Shown: positions 38,205-49,571, counted from the stretch's first letter. The stretch is DNA of 64,000 nt from an uncultured Gammaproteobacteria bacterium (GCA_964638415.1 CAZWYP010000001.1:148650-212649); one strand, 5' to 3'. The notes: generated by a model from the letters alone, not told the origin. Translations and numbers: made by a program.

Positions 38205-39487
38205 GAAAATTCTGGCAGCCAGCATTTTATTTTTTCACTTATCTGACTTTATTCTTACTGCCTTGGCAGACGCGGTGGATTTTTTTTGAACAGCCGCTTA
38301 ATGGCCAAGTGTGGGAATACGGACGCTTAGGATTATACTCCTCCATGCTTACTCTACTGGCAGCAGTTATTTGTTTTTATCTGGCTAAGATAAAAACAGG
38401 GGAGAAGAAAATAATTCTGCAGTATTGGCCATTATGGCTATTATTTTCTTATTTATTTATTACCAGTTGGCTAAGCGAATTGCCAATAGTTTCTCTTTAC
38501 TATTTTAATTTAATTGTCTTAGCTTTTCTTTTTTCTTTTTTGCTTCAATACTTAGAAATAAAAAAGATTCTTGTTGTTTTATCTTTAAGCGGGCTATTAC
38601 AAGGACTACTAGCGCTTTGGCAATTAATTACTCAGCAGGTGGTTGCTAATAAATGGTTAGGGTTAGCTGAGCACTTACCTAATAACTTAGGTACCTCCGT
38701 AGTTGAGTTAGATAGCCTACGCTGGTTGCGAGCTTATGGCAGCCTGCCTCATCCCAATCTGCTTGGCGGTTTTTTAGTAATTTGCATTTTAGCTGCACTT
38801 AGCTGGTGGCTGCTCACTTACCAGCGGGCGGCGCAAGATTATTGGCAAGAAGCTAAGAAATTTGTCTGGGAGATTATTTTAATAATCTTCAGTCTGACTG
38901 TTATGACTTTCGGGTTATTAGCTTCTTTTTCCCGCAGCGCTATCCTATCTTTGTTCTTAGTTATTATTTTAGGGATTATCTGGTATGGGTATAAGAGAAT
39001 AAAATTATCTTGGATTGTTTTATTAAAGTATCTGGCGATATTATTCTTATGCCTCACTGCTTTTAATTTTATCTTGCCTGGCAGTTTGACTGCACGCTGG
39101 CAGCTACAGAATCGGCTGGAAGTAAAGTCAGTCAATGAGAGAGTATTAAGCTGGCAGCAGCTTGACTGGCAGAATGCTAAGCAATTATTTTTTGGCCAAG
39201 GCTTAGGTTTAAACAGTTATGTAAATAATTATAAGTTGCCGCCCTATGCCGTGCAGCCTATTCATAATTACTGGCTGTTAGCTTTAGCGGAGATAGGCGT
39301 AATAGGGGTAATATTATTGCTGTTGGTTTTCTGGCAAGTATTTAGAAGGTTAAAAAATGCTCAAGCTATTGCTAGTCTGCTGGTTTGGCTAGCTATTGGC
39401 CTCTTTGATCACTACTGGTGGACAAGCTGGACAGGTTGGCTAATTTTAGCCATAATATTAGCACATAACCAGCCTAAATTAACTTAA
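38201..39487 (+). CDS. O-antigen ligase (Wzy_C) family membrane protein
   Basis: Many TMs; RAYGSLPHPNLLGG, SFSRSA, PIHNYWLLALAEIG; ATG 38201. Confidence 0.85.
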   Translation: MRKFWQPAFYFFTYLTLFLLPWQTRWIFFEQPLNGQVWEYGRLGLYSSMLTLLAAVICFYLAKIKTGEKKIILQYWPLWLLFSYLFITSWLSELPIVSLYYFNLIVLAFLFSFLLQYLEIKKILVVLSLSGLLQGLLALWQLITQQVVANKWLGLAEHLPNNLGTSVVELDSLRWLRAYGSLPHPNLLGGFLVICILAALSWWLLTYQRAAQDYWQEAKKFVWEIILIIFSLTVMTFGLLASFSRSAILSLFLVIILGIIWYGYKRIKLSWIVLLKYLAILFLCLTAFNFILPGSLTARWQLQNRLEVKSVNERVLSWQQLDWQNAKQLFFGQGLGLNSYVNNYKLPPYAVQPIHNYWLLALAEIGVIGVILLLLVFWQVFRRLKNAQAIASLLVWLAIGLFDHYWWTSWTGWLILAIILAHNQPKLT

Positions 39488-39497
39488 AAAACTTTTC

Positions 39498-39538
39498 TTG
39501 ACAAACGATTTTTAGCACTCTATAATGTAGAGTGCTAA
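39498..39538 (+). promoter_or_regulatory. groESL promoter with CIRCE (HrcA operator)
   Basis: TTGACA(39498)-17-TATAAT(39521); perfect TTAGCACTC-N9-GAGTGCTAA at 39512-39538. Confidence 0.96.
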
Positions 39539-39556
39539 TTAATTTAATTAAAAAAT

Positions 39557-39832
39557 ATGATGCTAAAACCATTAGGAGATAGGGTGGTTGTCAAGCCTCT
39601 GCCTAAAGAGGAAATGACCAAGTCTGGAATTATTTTGCCAGACAGCGCTAACAAAGAAGCTCGCCAAGAAGGAGAAATTATTGCTTTGGGTAATGGTGAA
39701 AAGTTGCAGAAACTGGATTTGCAAGTCGGCCAGAAAGTAGTTTTTTCCGAATACGGCGGCTCAGAAGTAAAATTAGATGGACAAGAGTATAAGATTCTTA
39801 ACCACGATGATTTACTGGCAGTTATTCAGTAA
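39557..39832 (+). CDS. groES: Co-chaperonin GroES
   Basis: LKPLGDRVVV, TKSGIILPD. Confidence 0.97.
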   Translation: MMLKPLGDRVVVKPLPKEEMTKSGIILPDSANKEARQEGEIIALGNGEKLQKLDLQVGQKVVFSEYGGSEVKLDGQEYKILNHDDLLAVIQ

Positions 39833-39836
39833 TTAA

Positions 39837-41489
<1,653 letters not shown>

Positions 41490-41509
41490 ATTATATTTTT
41501 AAGATAAAG

Positions 41510-41537
41510 AATCTCACTTAAGCGGTGAGATTTTTTA
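41510..41537 (+). terminator. Terminator of groEL
   Basis: AATCTCAC-ttaagcg-GTGAGATT followed by TTTT. Confidence 0.75.
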
Positions 41538-41576
41538 TTTTCCTCTAAATATTGTATAATATACTTAAAGTTTTTT

Positions 41577-42233
41577 ATGCCAGATAATAATTTCCAATAT
41601 CAAAGCAATGATAAATACCCTTGGGAATACGATGACCAAGTGGAGATTTGGGTAGCGGATTTTCATGTGAGAAAAGCAGAAGCTAAACAGGCAGCCATTG
41701 CCGATGGTTTGGTTGCTGACACTGAAGAGATTACCGAAGTTATACCACCCACAGAGGAAGTTGCGGAAGAAATAGATGTTTTATTTGCTGAATCTATTAA
41801 GCAGCGGGAAGAGAATTTAGCGGCGCTTAAGGCTAAGCGGGAATTCAGCTGGATTCTGGCTACTTTAATTCTAGCTATTTTTGTCTTAGCTGGGGAAATC
41901 GCCTTATATGATTTAGGGGATAAATATTTCTGGCCATTAAATTATCTGACGCTGTCTTTTTGGTTATGGCGTTTCTTTATCCTTATTATCTGGTTATGGC
42001 TGTCGCAAAAAAAATGGCATTTTGATAGCACTAAAGTCTATGCTACTACCGTGGCCGGCTTCACTTTGGGAGTGCTGGTAGCGGCAATTTGGAAGATAGT
42101 AATTATTGGTTCAATCTGGACTTGGCTTAACTTATTAATTGAGCCAGTCTGGATGGTTTTAATTATTGCCTTAGTAGGCAGTTTATTCACTAAATTTATT
42201 TTGCCGGACAAATATGGCCGGTACCAAGGTTAA
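41577..42233 (+). CDS. Hypothetical membrane protein with acidic N-terminus
   Basis: Acidic cytoplasmic region followed by four TMs. Confidence 0.7.
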   Translation: MPDNNFQYQSNDKYPWEYDDQVEIWVADFHVRKAEAKQAAIADGLVADTEEITEVIPPTEEVAEEIDVLFAESIKQREENLAALKAKREFSWILATLILAIFVLAGEIALYDLGDKYFWPLNYLTLSFWLWRFFILIIWLWLSQKKWHFDSTKVYATTVAGFTLGVLVAAIWKIVIIGSIWTWLNLLIEPVWMVLIIALVGSLFTKFILPDKYGRYQG

Positions 42234-42249
42234 TTATTAAAGAAAAATT

Positions 42250-42564
42250 ATGGCGGAAGCAAATATTACTCCCAATCCCAAAGATATTGAAGAGAATAAA
42301 ACTATAGCGGCGATTGGCTATGTCTGGATTTTATGCCTAGTGCCTTTATTGTTAAAAAGAAAATCTCCCTTTGCCCAATTCCACGCTAAGCAGGCTTTGA
42401 TCCTGTTTATTATTGAAGTGATCGGCTGGGTAATCCCCGGCCTAGGAATTATTTTAATCATCCTAGCAATGATTTATGCCGTTATTGGTATTGCTATGGC
42501 TTTGGAGGGTAAATACTGGAAAATGCCTTTTCTCTACCAGTTCGTAGAAAAGTTAAATTTATAA
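42250..42564 (+). CDS. DUF4870-like small membrane protein
   Basis: NKTIAAIGY...FAQFHAKQAL...ALEGKYWKMP. Confidence 0.75.
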   Translation: MAEANITPNPKDIEENKTIAAIGYVWILCLVPLLLKRKSPFAQFHAKQALILFIIEVIGWVIPGLGIILIILAMIYAVIGIAMALEGKYWKMPFLYQFVEKLNL

Positions 42565-42567
42565 CTA

Positions 42568-43362
42568 GTGCCTTATTCTTTACTTACAGCTTATCCGACA
42601 GCCTGGTTTAGCCGTCGGCGTAATTTGCCGCTGAGCCGTATTTCTCATAACGCGGCAGTGCTTTTACAATTAGATTCGCTTAGTCTAGTAAAGAAATTAA
42701 AAAATAAGATACCAACTGTCTTAATTTGGCCGGAACAGCAGATTAGAATCGGTAAGATTAAAGCTAATGGCTTGGTATTGCTTAAAGGGCAGCAGGTAGC
42801 CTTAGCTGGTAATAATCATCTGCACAATGTTAATGTTTTTAACTGGCACGAGCAAGTCATTCCGTTGACTGGAGATATTAGTGAACAGGTAAAAATTTCT
42901 GATCGCATTTTTATTAATCACGGCCAAGTGATCTTAATTGTCAGAGAGAATAAGCAGGGGATTATTAGGGCGGAAGTCAGTCGGGGAGGCAAAGTAGCTA
43001 GTAATAGTTTAATCACCTATGCCCGTCAGCAGATAGCTATGGATTTATCTTCCCAGGTAATTGACAATTTAAAGCAGCAAGAAGTTGACTACCTTGCTCT
43101 ACCTGCTGGAAAATACAAAAATATTGTGCAGGCTAAAAAGATTATTGGCAAAGACAAAGCAAAATTAGTTTTGAAAATAAGCCAGTTAAAGCAGTTGGAT
43201 TATCTGGGAGACGCTTGGCCTTTAATTGACGGTGTCTTATTTGATGCTTTGACTCTGGCTACTCAAGTGCCTACAGCCAAAATGGTGATGATTGAAAAAC
43301 AGCTTAATAAGCTAGCTCAGGAAAAGAAAAAGGTTTTAATGATTTATGGAAGATTAAAATAA
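42568..43362 (+). CDS. Degenerate pyruvate kinase barrel-like protein
   Basis: PK-like order (IRIGK, IFINHGQV, GGKVASN, VDYLAL, LKIS, DGVLF) with catalytic motifs eroded. Confidence 0.6.
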   Translation: MPYSLLTAYPTAWFSRRRNLPLSRISHNAAVLLQLDSLSLVKKLKNKIPTVLIWPEQQIRIGKIKANGLVLLKGQQVALAGNNHLHNVNVFNWHEQVIPLTGDISEQVKISDRIFINHGQVILIVRENKQGIIRAEVSRGGKVASNSLITYARQQIAMDLSSQVIDNLKQQEVDYLALPAGKYKNIVQAKKIIGKDKAKLVLKISQLKQLDYLGDAWPLIDGVLFDALTLATQVPTAKMVMIEKQLNKLAQEKKKVLMIYGRLK

Positions 43363-43429
43363 TATTAGCAATTATTGATATTTTTCTGGTATAATATAAG
43401 CAATAATTTAATTAAAATAAAAAAGATTT

Positions 43430-45835
43430 ATGGGCAAACCAAAGATGATACTCTGGTTCAAGGAAACCGGAATCAAAGATATTCCCAAAGTAGGCGGCAA
43501 GAACGCTTCCTTAGGGGAAATGTACAGCAAATTAACCAAGCAGGGCGTCCGAGTTCCCAACGGTTTTTCCGTCACCGCTGCTGCTTATGATTACTTCTTA
43601 GAAAGCACCGGTGTAAAAAAACAAATCAAGCAGATTCTCAAAGGTTTGGATTCAGACAATATTCCGGAATTGCAGTCCAAAGGCAAGCAAGTCAGGGAAG
43701 CGATTTTAGCGGCGGAATTTCCTGCAGACTTAAAGCAGGAGATTGTTGAGGCTTACCATAAATTATCTAAAGAATTTAAAACTGCCAATACCGATGTAGC
43801 AGTGCGTTCATCAGCAACAGCTGAAGATTTGCCGGATGCTTCTTTTGCCGGCCAGCAGGAAACTTATTTGAATATTAAGGGAGAAAAAGATTTATTAGTG
43901 GCCTGCAAGAAATGCGTATCCTCTTTATTTACTGACCGGGCTATTTCTTACCGGGGAGATAAGAAATTTGACCATTTCAGCATTAAATTATCTATTACCG
44001 TCCAGAAGATGGTTAGATCAGATAAAGGTGTTTCCGGCGTAATGTTTTCCATTGATACCGAATCCGGCTTTAGGGACGCGGTATTAATCAATGGATCTTA
44101 CGGTTTGGGTGAATATGTAGTTTTAGGCGCTGTTAATCCCGATGAATATTATATTTTCAAACCAAGTTTAGCCGCCGGCAAAAATGCCATCATTAGCCGC
44201 AACTTAGGATCCAAGGCCCGTAAATTGATTTACAACGATGCCAAAGCTGCTAAAAGCACTAAAGGCGTATTAGTTTCCAAAGAAGACCGCAACAGATTTT
44301 GTTTGACTGATTCGGAAGTAACGCAACTGGCTAAGTGGGCAGTACAGATTGAAAAGCATTACAAAAAGCCGATGGATATGGAATGGGCCAAAGACGGTAT
44401 TACCGGCAAGTTATTTATTGTCCAAGCTCGCCCAGAAACTGTCCGTTCCCAGGATGATAAAAGATTTTTATTGGAGTATGTTTTAAAAGAGAAAGGCAAG
44501 TTATTAACTACCGGTGCTTCTGTTGGCGCTAAGATCGGCTCGGGAACAGCGCATATTATTAAGGATGTTTCTCAAATCAACCAATTTAAAAACGGCGAGG
44601 TATTAATTACGGAAATGACTGATCCAGATTGGGAACCGATTATGAAAGAAGCTTCGGCGATTGTGACTGAATCTGGCGGCCGGACTTGCCATGCGGCCAT
44701 TATTTCCCGTGAATTAGGCATCCCTTGCGTAGTTGGTACCAAAGATGCAACGCAGAAGATTAAGAATGGCCAAGTTGTCACCGTTAGTTGTGCCGAAGGA
44801 GAACAAGGTCATGTTTACCAGGGAGCGTTGAAATTCGTGGTCAATAAAACGGACTTAAGGAAGATTAAAAAACCGCAGACGAAGATCATGATGAATATTG
44901 GCAATCCGGAAATGGCGATGGCGCAGAGTTTCATACCCAATGACGGAGTAGGATTAGCCAGAGAAGAATTTATTATCTCTACTTATATTAAGATCCATCC
45001 GTTGGCTTTATTGAATTTCAGCAAGGTAACCAGTCCCAAAGTCAGGCAGCAGATTACCGATATGACAGCCGCTTATTCCAGCAAGCCCCAATTCTTTATT
45101 GATAAATTAGCTGAAGGCATTGCTCGCATTGCTGCCAGCTTCTACCCGCAGGATGTTATTGTTCGTTTGTCGGATTTCAAATCTAATGAGTATGCCAATT
45201 TAATTGGCGGTCAGTATTTTGAGCCGGTGGAAAGTAATCCAATGATTGGCTGGCGCGGTGCTTCCCGCTACTATGATCCTAAATATTTGCCGGCTTTTAA
45301 GCTAGAGTGCAAGGCTTTGGTTAAAGTCAGGGAGCAAATGGGTTTGACCAATGTCAAAGTCATGGTGCCTTTTTGCCGAACAGTGACGGAAGGAAAGAAT
45401 GTTTTGAAAATCATGGCCGATAATGGTTTAAAGCGCGGTAAGAATGGCTTAGAAGTTTATGTTATGTGCGAAATTCCCTCCAATGTTATTTTAGCTGATG
45501 AATTCTCTCAGATTTTTGACGGCTTTTCCATTGGTTCTAATGATTTGACGCAATTAGCCTTAGGAGTTGATCGCGATTCAGAATTGGTTTCTCATGTCTA
45601 TGATGAGCGCAATGCGGCAGTTAAGAATTTGATTTCCCAGGTGATTAAAGCAGCTAAAAAGAATAAAAGGAAAATAGGCATTTGCGGACAAGCACCTTCA
45701 GACTTTCCTGACTTTGCCCAGTTCTTAGTAGAGCAGGGTATTGATTCTATCTCGCTTAATCCAGACACGGTTATTAAGACCATGATTGCCATCAACCAAA
45801 CAGAAAAGAAGCTGAAATCGTCCCGCCGTAAATAA
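43430..45835 (+). CDS. ppsA: Phosphoenolpyruvate synthase
   Basis: VGGKNASLGEM, VAVRSSATAEDL, GGRTCHAAIISRE, FSIGSNDLTQ. Confidence 0.98.
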   Translation: MGKPKMILWFKETGIKDIPKVGGKNASLGEMYSKLTKQGVRVPNGFSVTAAAYDYFLESTGVKKQIKQILKGLDSDNIPELQSKGKQVREAILAAEFPADLKQEIVEAYHKLSKEFKTANTDVAVRSSATAEDLPDASFAGQQETYLNIKGEKDLLVACKKCVSSLFTDRAISYRGDKKFDHFSIKLSITVQKMVRSDKGVSGVMFSIDTESGFRDAVLINGSYGLGEYVVLGAVNPDEYYIFKPSLAAGKNAIISRNLGSKARKLIYNDAKAAKSTKGVLVSKEDRNRFCLTDSEVTQLAKWAVQIEKHYKKPMDMEWAKDGITGKLFIVQARPETVRSQDDKRFLLEYVLKEKGKLLTTGASVGAKIGSGTAHIIKDVSQINQFKNGEVLITEMTDPDWEPIMKEASAIVTESGGRTCHAAIISRELGIPCVVGTKDATQKIKNGQVVTVSCAEGEQGHVYQGALKFVVNKTDLRKIKKPQTKIMMNIGNPEMAMAQSFIPNDGVGLAREEFIISTYIKIHPLALLNFSKVTSPKVRQQITDMTAAYSSKPQFFIDKLAEGIARIAASFYPQDVIVRLSDFKSNEYANLIGGQYFEPVESNPMIGWRGASRYYDPKYLPAFKLECKALVKVREQMGLTNVKVMVPFCRTVTEGKNVLKIMADNGLKRGKNGLEVYVMCEIPSNVILADEFSQIFDGFSIGSNDLTQLALGVDRDSELVSHVYDERNAAVKNLISQVIKAAKKNKRKIGICGQAPSDFPDFAQFLVEQGIDSISLNPDTVIKTMIAINQTEKKLKSSRRK

Positions 45836-45841
45836 ATATAT

Positions 45842-45871
45842 AAACCCCTGACAATTATTGTCAGGGGTTTT
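45842..45871 (+). terminator. Terminator of ppsA
   Basis: AAACCCCTGACAA-tta-TTGTCAGGGGTTTT. Confidence 0.85.
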
Positions 45872-45964
45872 GACTAAGCAGGAATATTTTGTTAGTTTTA
45901 ATAATGAGATCTTTGTAAAGGGCAGATTTAATCTGCTCACCATATAGTCAACCAAGGAGTGATT

Positions 45965-46321
45965 ATGCCATTAGAAGAAGAGGAGCAGGTTTTCAAGGAA
46001 GAGCTGTTGGCACGCTTCGGTAATGATCGGGCTTTTCGGTTGCGCGCAACCAAAAAGCACGGGCAACGGACGGTGTCTTTGGTTTTTGAACGCGAACGCT
46101 TGGCTATTGCCGACGGTCGCTTGCATGAATTGCAAAGACAATTGAAATTTAATTTCACCAAGCAGCGCATCATTTTATCTGGCAAGCTAGCCGATATTGA
46201 GCATGCTGTTTACCGGCTTTTATCCAGCAGTGAAATTGTTTCTCCCACGCCCTTGCCTAAGATCAAATTGCCGATCAGGAGGCGTTCAATTAGATTCGCT
46301 GCTGTGCCTGCTGTCCACTGA
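45965..46321 (+). CDS. Hypothetical protein, paralog A
   Basis: AAGGAG RBS; followed by terminator GCCCGCT..AGCGGGC-TTTTT. Confidence 0.65.
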   Translation: MPLEEEEQVFKEELLARFGNDRAFRLRATKKHGQRTVSLVFERERLAIADGRLHELQRQLKFNFTKQRIILSGKLADIEHAVYRLLSSSEIVSPTPLPKIKLPIRRRSIRFAAVPAVH

Positions 46322-46477
46322 TAATATATTGGTTGCTGCCCGCTTAGAAAGGAGCGGGCTTTTTGTTTTATTATTGACTAAAGCTTTTTTTTCTGCTAAT
46401 ATTCAAAATTGTCAAATAGTACACTTTATTATTTTACCCGGCCAATTTTGGCCATAAATCAACCAGGGAGTTTGCTA

Positions 46478-46822
46478 ATGAGTCCACACAAGCAGCAGAT
46501 GATTGATGGTTTATCGCGTAAGCTGCTGGAAGTTTTTTCCAGCCACAAGATGTTCACGGTACGCGTTGTCGGCGACGGCCAATTTCGGCTGATCATCAAC
46601 CGCAAGCACTTCAACATCGACGAAGTCAAGCTGTTTGATCTCAAGCCGCTTTCATCCGATTCCGGCCAAGTTCACTTCGTCGGTACTGAAGACAAGGTTC
46701 TGGGCTTTGCCAAGGATTTTTCCGCCGCTTCCCAAAAGCGCCCACTGGAACCGAAGATCAGAAATTCCAAGAATCCCCAGCCGACCCAGCATACCAGCGA
46801 TCACGTTCAGCAGACCATTTGA
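46478..46822 (+). CDS. Hypothetical protein, paralog B
   Basis: AGGGAG RBS before ATG 46478; residue pattern similar to paralog A. Confidence 0.65.
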   Translation: MSPHKQQMIDGLSRKLLEVFSSHKMFTVRVVGDGQFRLIINRKHFNIDEVKLFDLKPLSSDSGQVHFVGTEDKVLGFAKDFSAASQKRPLEPKIRNSKNPQPTQHTSDHVQQTI

Positions 46823-46918
46823 CATTGCGCCGTTGATATTTCCCCACCCCGTTAAGCTTAGCTTAGTGGGGTTTATTTTTTAAATAAAAAAACTTCTGGT
46901 GCAGAAGTATAAATTTAA

Positions 46919-47008
46919 TGGCGGAGAGTGAGGGATTTGAACCCTCGAGGGCTTTGACACCCTACTCGCTTTCCAAGCGAGCGCACTAGACCACTATGCG
47001 AACTCTCC
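46919..47008 (-). tRNA. tRNA-Ser(GGA), CCA encoded
   Basis: GGAGAGT acceptor stem, anticodon arm CTCGC-TTGGAAA-GCGAG, long variable arm, GTTCAAATCC T-arm, 3' GCCA. Confidence 0.97.
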
Positions 47009-47146
47009 AGAAATTGACGTTTCTTAGTATAATTTTTTGCTGGAAAAAAGTCAATGTAGATTATTAGCAGCTAATCTAATTGACTTTATTGGTAATAAAA
47101 GCTATTTTTATTTTATAATAAAAGTAATAATTAATGCTAAAATTTT

Positions 47147-47779
47147 ATGAATAAAACTATTATTGGAGTAATTATTGCCGTTATTTTACTAGGCGGCGGC
47201 TGGTGGTTAATGAGTAATAACCAACCGGCAGAACAGAACAGTCAGGTTAATGAAGAAAACACCGAATCAGCAACTATGAAAAGCTCATTAACTTCTCTGC
47301 TTAAATTAGGCAGAAATATGACTTGCACTTACCGCTATAGCGCTGAAGAAGGCGAACAGTCGGGCACAATATATATTGCCGGCAATAAAATGAGCGGAGA
47401 TTTTAATATGATGGCTGATGGCAAACCATTTGTCGGGCATATGATCCAGGATGGTGAATGGAGTTATACCTGGGGCGGTCCAATGTCGGAGAAGCAGGGG
47501 GTGAAAATAAAACTATCAGAGATTGAAGATAAGCAGTCAGGTGATGTTCCAGAACAGAGCAGCATTGATCCGGATGTTGAATATGATTATGATTGCGATA
47601 ACTGGTCGCCGGATAATGATAAATTTACTCCACCGGCTGATGTGGTTTTCCAAGACCTAAGTCAGTTAATTCCGTCCTTGCCTACCAAAGAGACTAATGA
47701 TAATTCCCAATGCGCGGTTTGTGATCAGGTGCCGGCTGGAGAGGCGCAAGAGCAATGCCGTCAGGCTTTAGGCTGCTAA
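47147..47779 (+). CDS. Hypothetical membrane-anchored extracellular protein
   Basis: N-terminal TM, beta-rich core, C-terminal CAVC...C...C. Confidence 0.75.
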   Translation: MNKTIIGVIIAVILLGGGWWLMSNNQPAEQNSQVNEENTESATMKSSLTSLLKLGRNMTCTYRYSAEEGEQSGTIYIAGNKMSGDFNMMADGKPFVGHMIQDGEWSYTWGGPMSEKQGVKIKLSEIEDKQSGDVPEQSSIDPDVEYDYDCDNWSPDNDKFTPPADVVFQDLSQLIPSLPTKETNDNSQCAVCDQVPAGEAQEQCRQALGC

Positions 47780-47792
47780 TTTTATAGCTAAA

Positions 47793-49097
47793 ATGAAAAA
47801 AATAAAGTTTTATTTTTTCTTATTACTGATTTCTTTATTAGTACTCTGGCCGGTGATTGGCTTGTATTTTAATGGGAGCTGGCAGGGAATGTTTGCTTCC
47901 TGGGTTAGCTTGTCTAATGCTGCGGGAAAAATTTTAGGCTTAATTGGTCTAGCTACTTTTTCCTTAGGCTTAATCTTATCTGCCCGCTTTGTTTGGATGG
48001 ATAAATTATTATCTGATTTTACCAAGATCTTGAAAGTCCATCGCTGGCTGGGGGTTATTTCTTTTTCTTTTATTCTTTTTCATCCTTTATTATTAGCTTT
48101 CAGCTTACTGCCGGCTTCCAGCCAATATGCCTGGGGACTGTTTTGGACTTGGTCCGATGCTTCTCTAGTCTTTGGTTATCTGGCTCTCTTATTATTCATG
48201 CTGCTAGTCTTGATGACTTTTTTCTGGCGCTTGCAATATGAACGCTTAAAAATGCTGCATAGCCTATTAGCTGTGCCTTTGATGCTGGGGGGTATTCATG
48301 CTTTGTTAATCGGCAGTGATGTTAAAGCACATGCTTGGCTGGCTTGGTATTATATAATTTTAATTTCTTTGGGAGTTTTGGCTTACCTTTGGCGCATCTA
48401 TACTGTTTCCTGGGGGATTAAAAGCAAGCAGTATATTATTGATGCTATTTCTCAACCGACGCCGCAAACCGTTAAAATTACTTTCCGCCCTAAAGCCAAA
48501 AGCTTAGCTGTCCAGGCTGGCCAGTTTATCTTTGTCAGCTTTGAGCAATTAGGAAAAGCTGAAGAGCATCCGTTCTCCGTGGCTGGCATTGATCAGGATA
48601 AGATAACTATTGTTGCCAAAGCTTTAGGAGATTTTACCCAGAGGTTAGCCACGCTTAAGGTTAATAGTCTAGCCATGATTGACGGCCCTTATGGTTCTTT
48701 CGGTCAAGTCAGTGAGCGCTACAAGCATCAGGTGTGGATTGCTGGCGGTATCGGCATTACACCGTTCTTAAGCTTAGCTCAGGAGTTTGCCAAGAATAAT
48801 AAACCTAATGATAAAGTGGATTTAATTTATGCCGTAGCCAAGTCTGCAGACTTTGTAGGTCTAGATAAATTAGAGCAACTAGCCAAAGCCTATCCGCAGT
48901 TTAGAGTTATCCCTTATGTTAGTGAAGAGCAGGGTAGATTAGATGTTAACCAGATTAAAAAAATAACCAATGATTTTACTGACTGTGTTTTTTGCTTATG
49001 CGGACCGCAGGGTATGGTAGCCAGCTTAGTGGCTCAGCTGAAGAAAGCTTCTATTCCCAAATCTCGTATTAATATTGAAGCTTTTGAATTATTGTAA
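47793..49097 (+). CDS. Ferric reductase-like TM domain plus FAD/NAD(P)H-binding oxidoreductase
   Basis: TM His residues (HRWLG, FHP, LHS, IHA), HPFS, DGPYG, IAGGIGITPF, LCGP, terminal EAF. Confidence 0.88.
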   Translation: MKKIKFYFFLLLISLLVLWPVIGLYFNGSWQGMFASWVSLSNAAGKILGLIGLATFSLGLILSARFVWMDKLLSDFTKILKVHRWLGVISFSFILFHPLLLAFSLLPASSQYAWGLFWTWSDASLVFGYLALLLFMLLVLMTFFWRLQYERLKMLHSLLAVPLMLGGIHALLIGSDVKAHAWLAWYYIILISLGVLAYLWRIYTVSWGIKSKQYIIDAISQPTPQTVKITFRPKAKSLAVQAGQFIFVSFEQLGKAEEHPFSVAGIDQDKITIVAKALGDFTQRLATLKVNSLAMIDGPYGSFGQVSERYKHQVWIAGGIGITPFLSLAQEFAKNNKPNDKVDLIYAVAKSADFVGLDKLEQLAKAYPQFRVIPYVSEEQGRLDVNQIKKITNDFTDCVFCLCGPQGMVASLVAQLKKASIPKSRINIEAFELL

Positions 49098-49101
49098 TTA
49101 T

Positions 49102-49566
49102 ATGAATAAGATTGTAATTATTGCCGTGTTTATTTTCTGGGCTATTGTCAGTTTTTTCTTTGTCCGGAGCTTATTTGATAAGCAACCTGAGGTTTTGCTT
49201 AATAGTACTAATAGCCAGTTGCCAGCAGAAGACGCTACTGGTCAGGCCTTCAGCGTTGATTTAGTAGCTCAGCACAATACTGCGGCTGACTGTTGGGTAA
49301 CTTATGGCAATACCGTTTATAACGTCACGGATTATCTCAACTCCCATCCTGGCGGTAGAGATCGCATTATTCCCTACTGTGGTTCAGACATTGCCGCTGC
49401 TTTTGCTGCTCAAGGACACTCTAATACTGCCACCAGTATTTTAAATGGTTTAGCTATTGGGACTATTGGTCAAATAATTTCTAATGATCCTAACACTATT
49501 ACTCCACCGCCGGTAAGTAACCCAAAGAAGGACGATGATGACGATGAAAAAGAAGATGATGATTAA
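49102..49566 (+). CDS. Membrane-anchored cytochrome b5-like heme protein
   Basis: HNTAADCWV, VYNVTDY, HPGG, GHS; acidic tail. Confidence 0.88.
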   Translation: MNKIVIIAVFIFWAIVSFFFVRSLFDKQPEVLLNSTNSQLPAEDATGQAFSVDLVAQHNTAADCWVTYGNTVYNVTDYLNSHPGGRDRIIPYCGSDIAAAFAAQGHSNTATSILNGLAIGTIGQIISNDPNTITPPPVSNPKKDDDDDEKEDDD

Positions 49567-49571
49567 ATAAG

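Noticed and set aside
46823-47008. Integrative element at tRNA-Ser
   Set aside because: No duplicated tRNA 3' end or adjacent integrase found in the window
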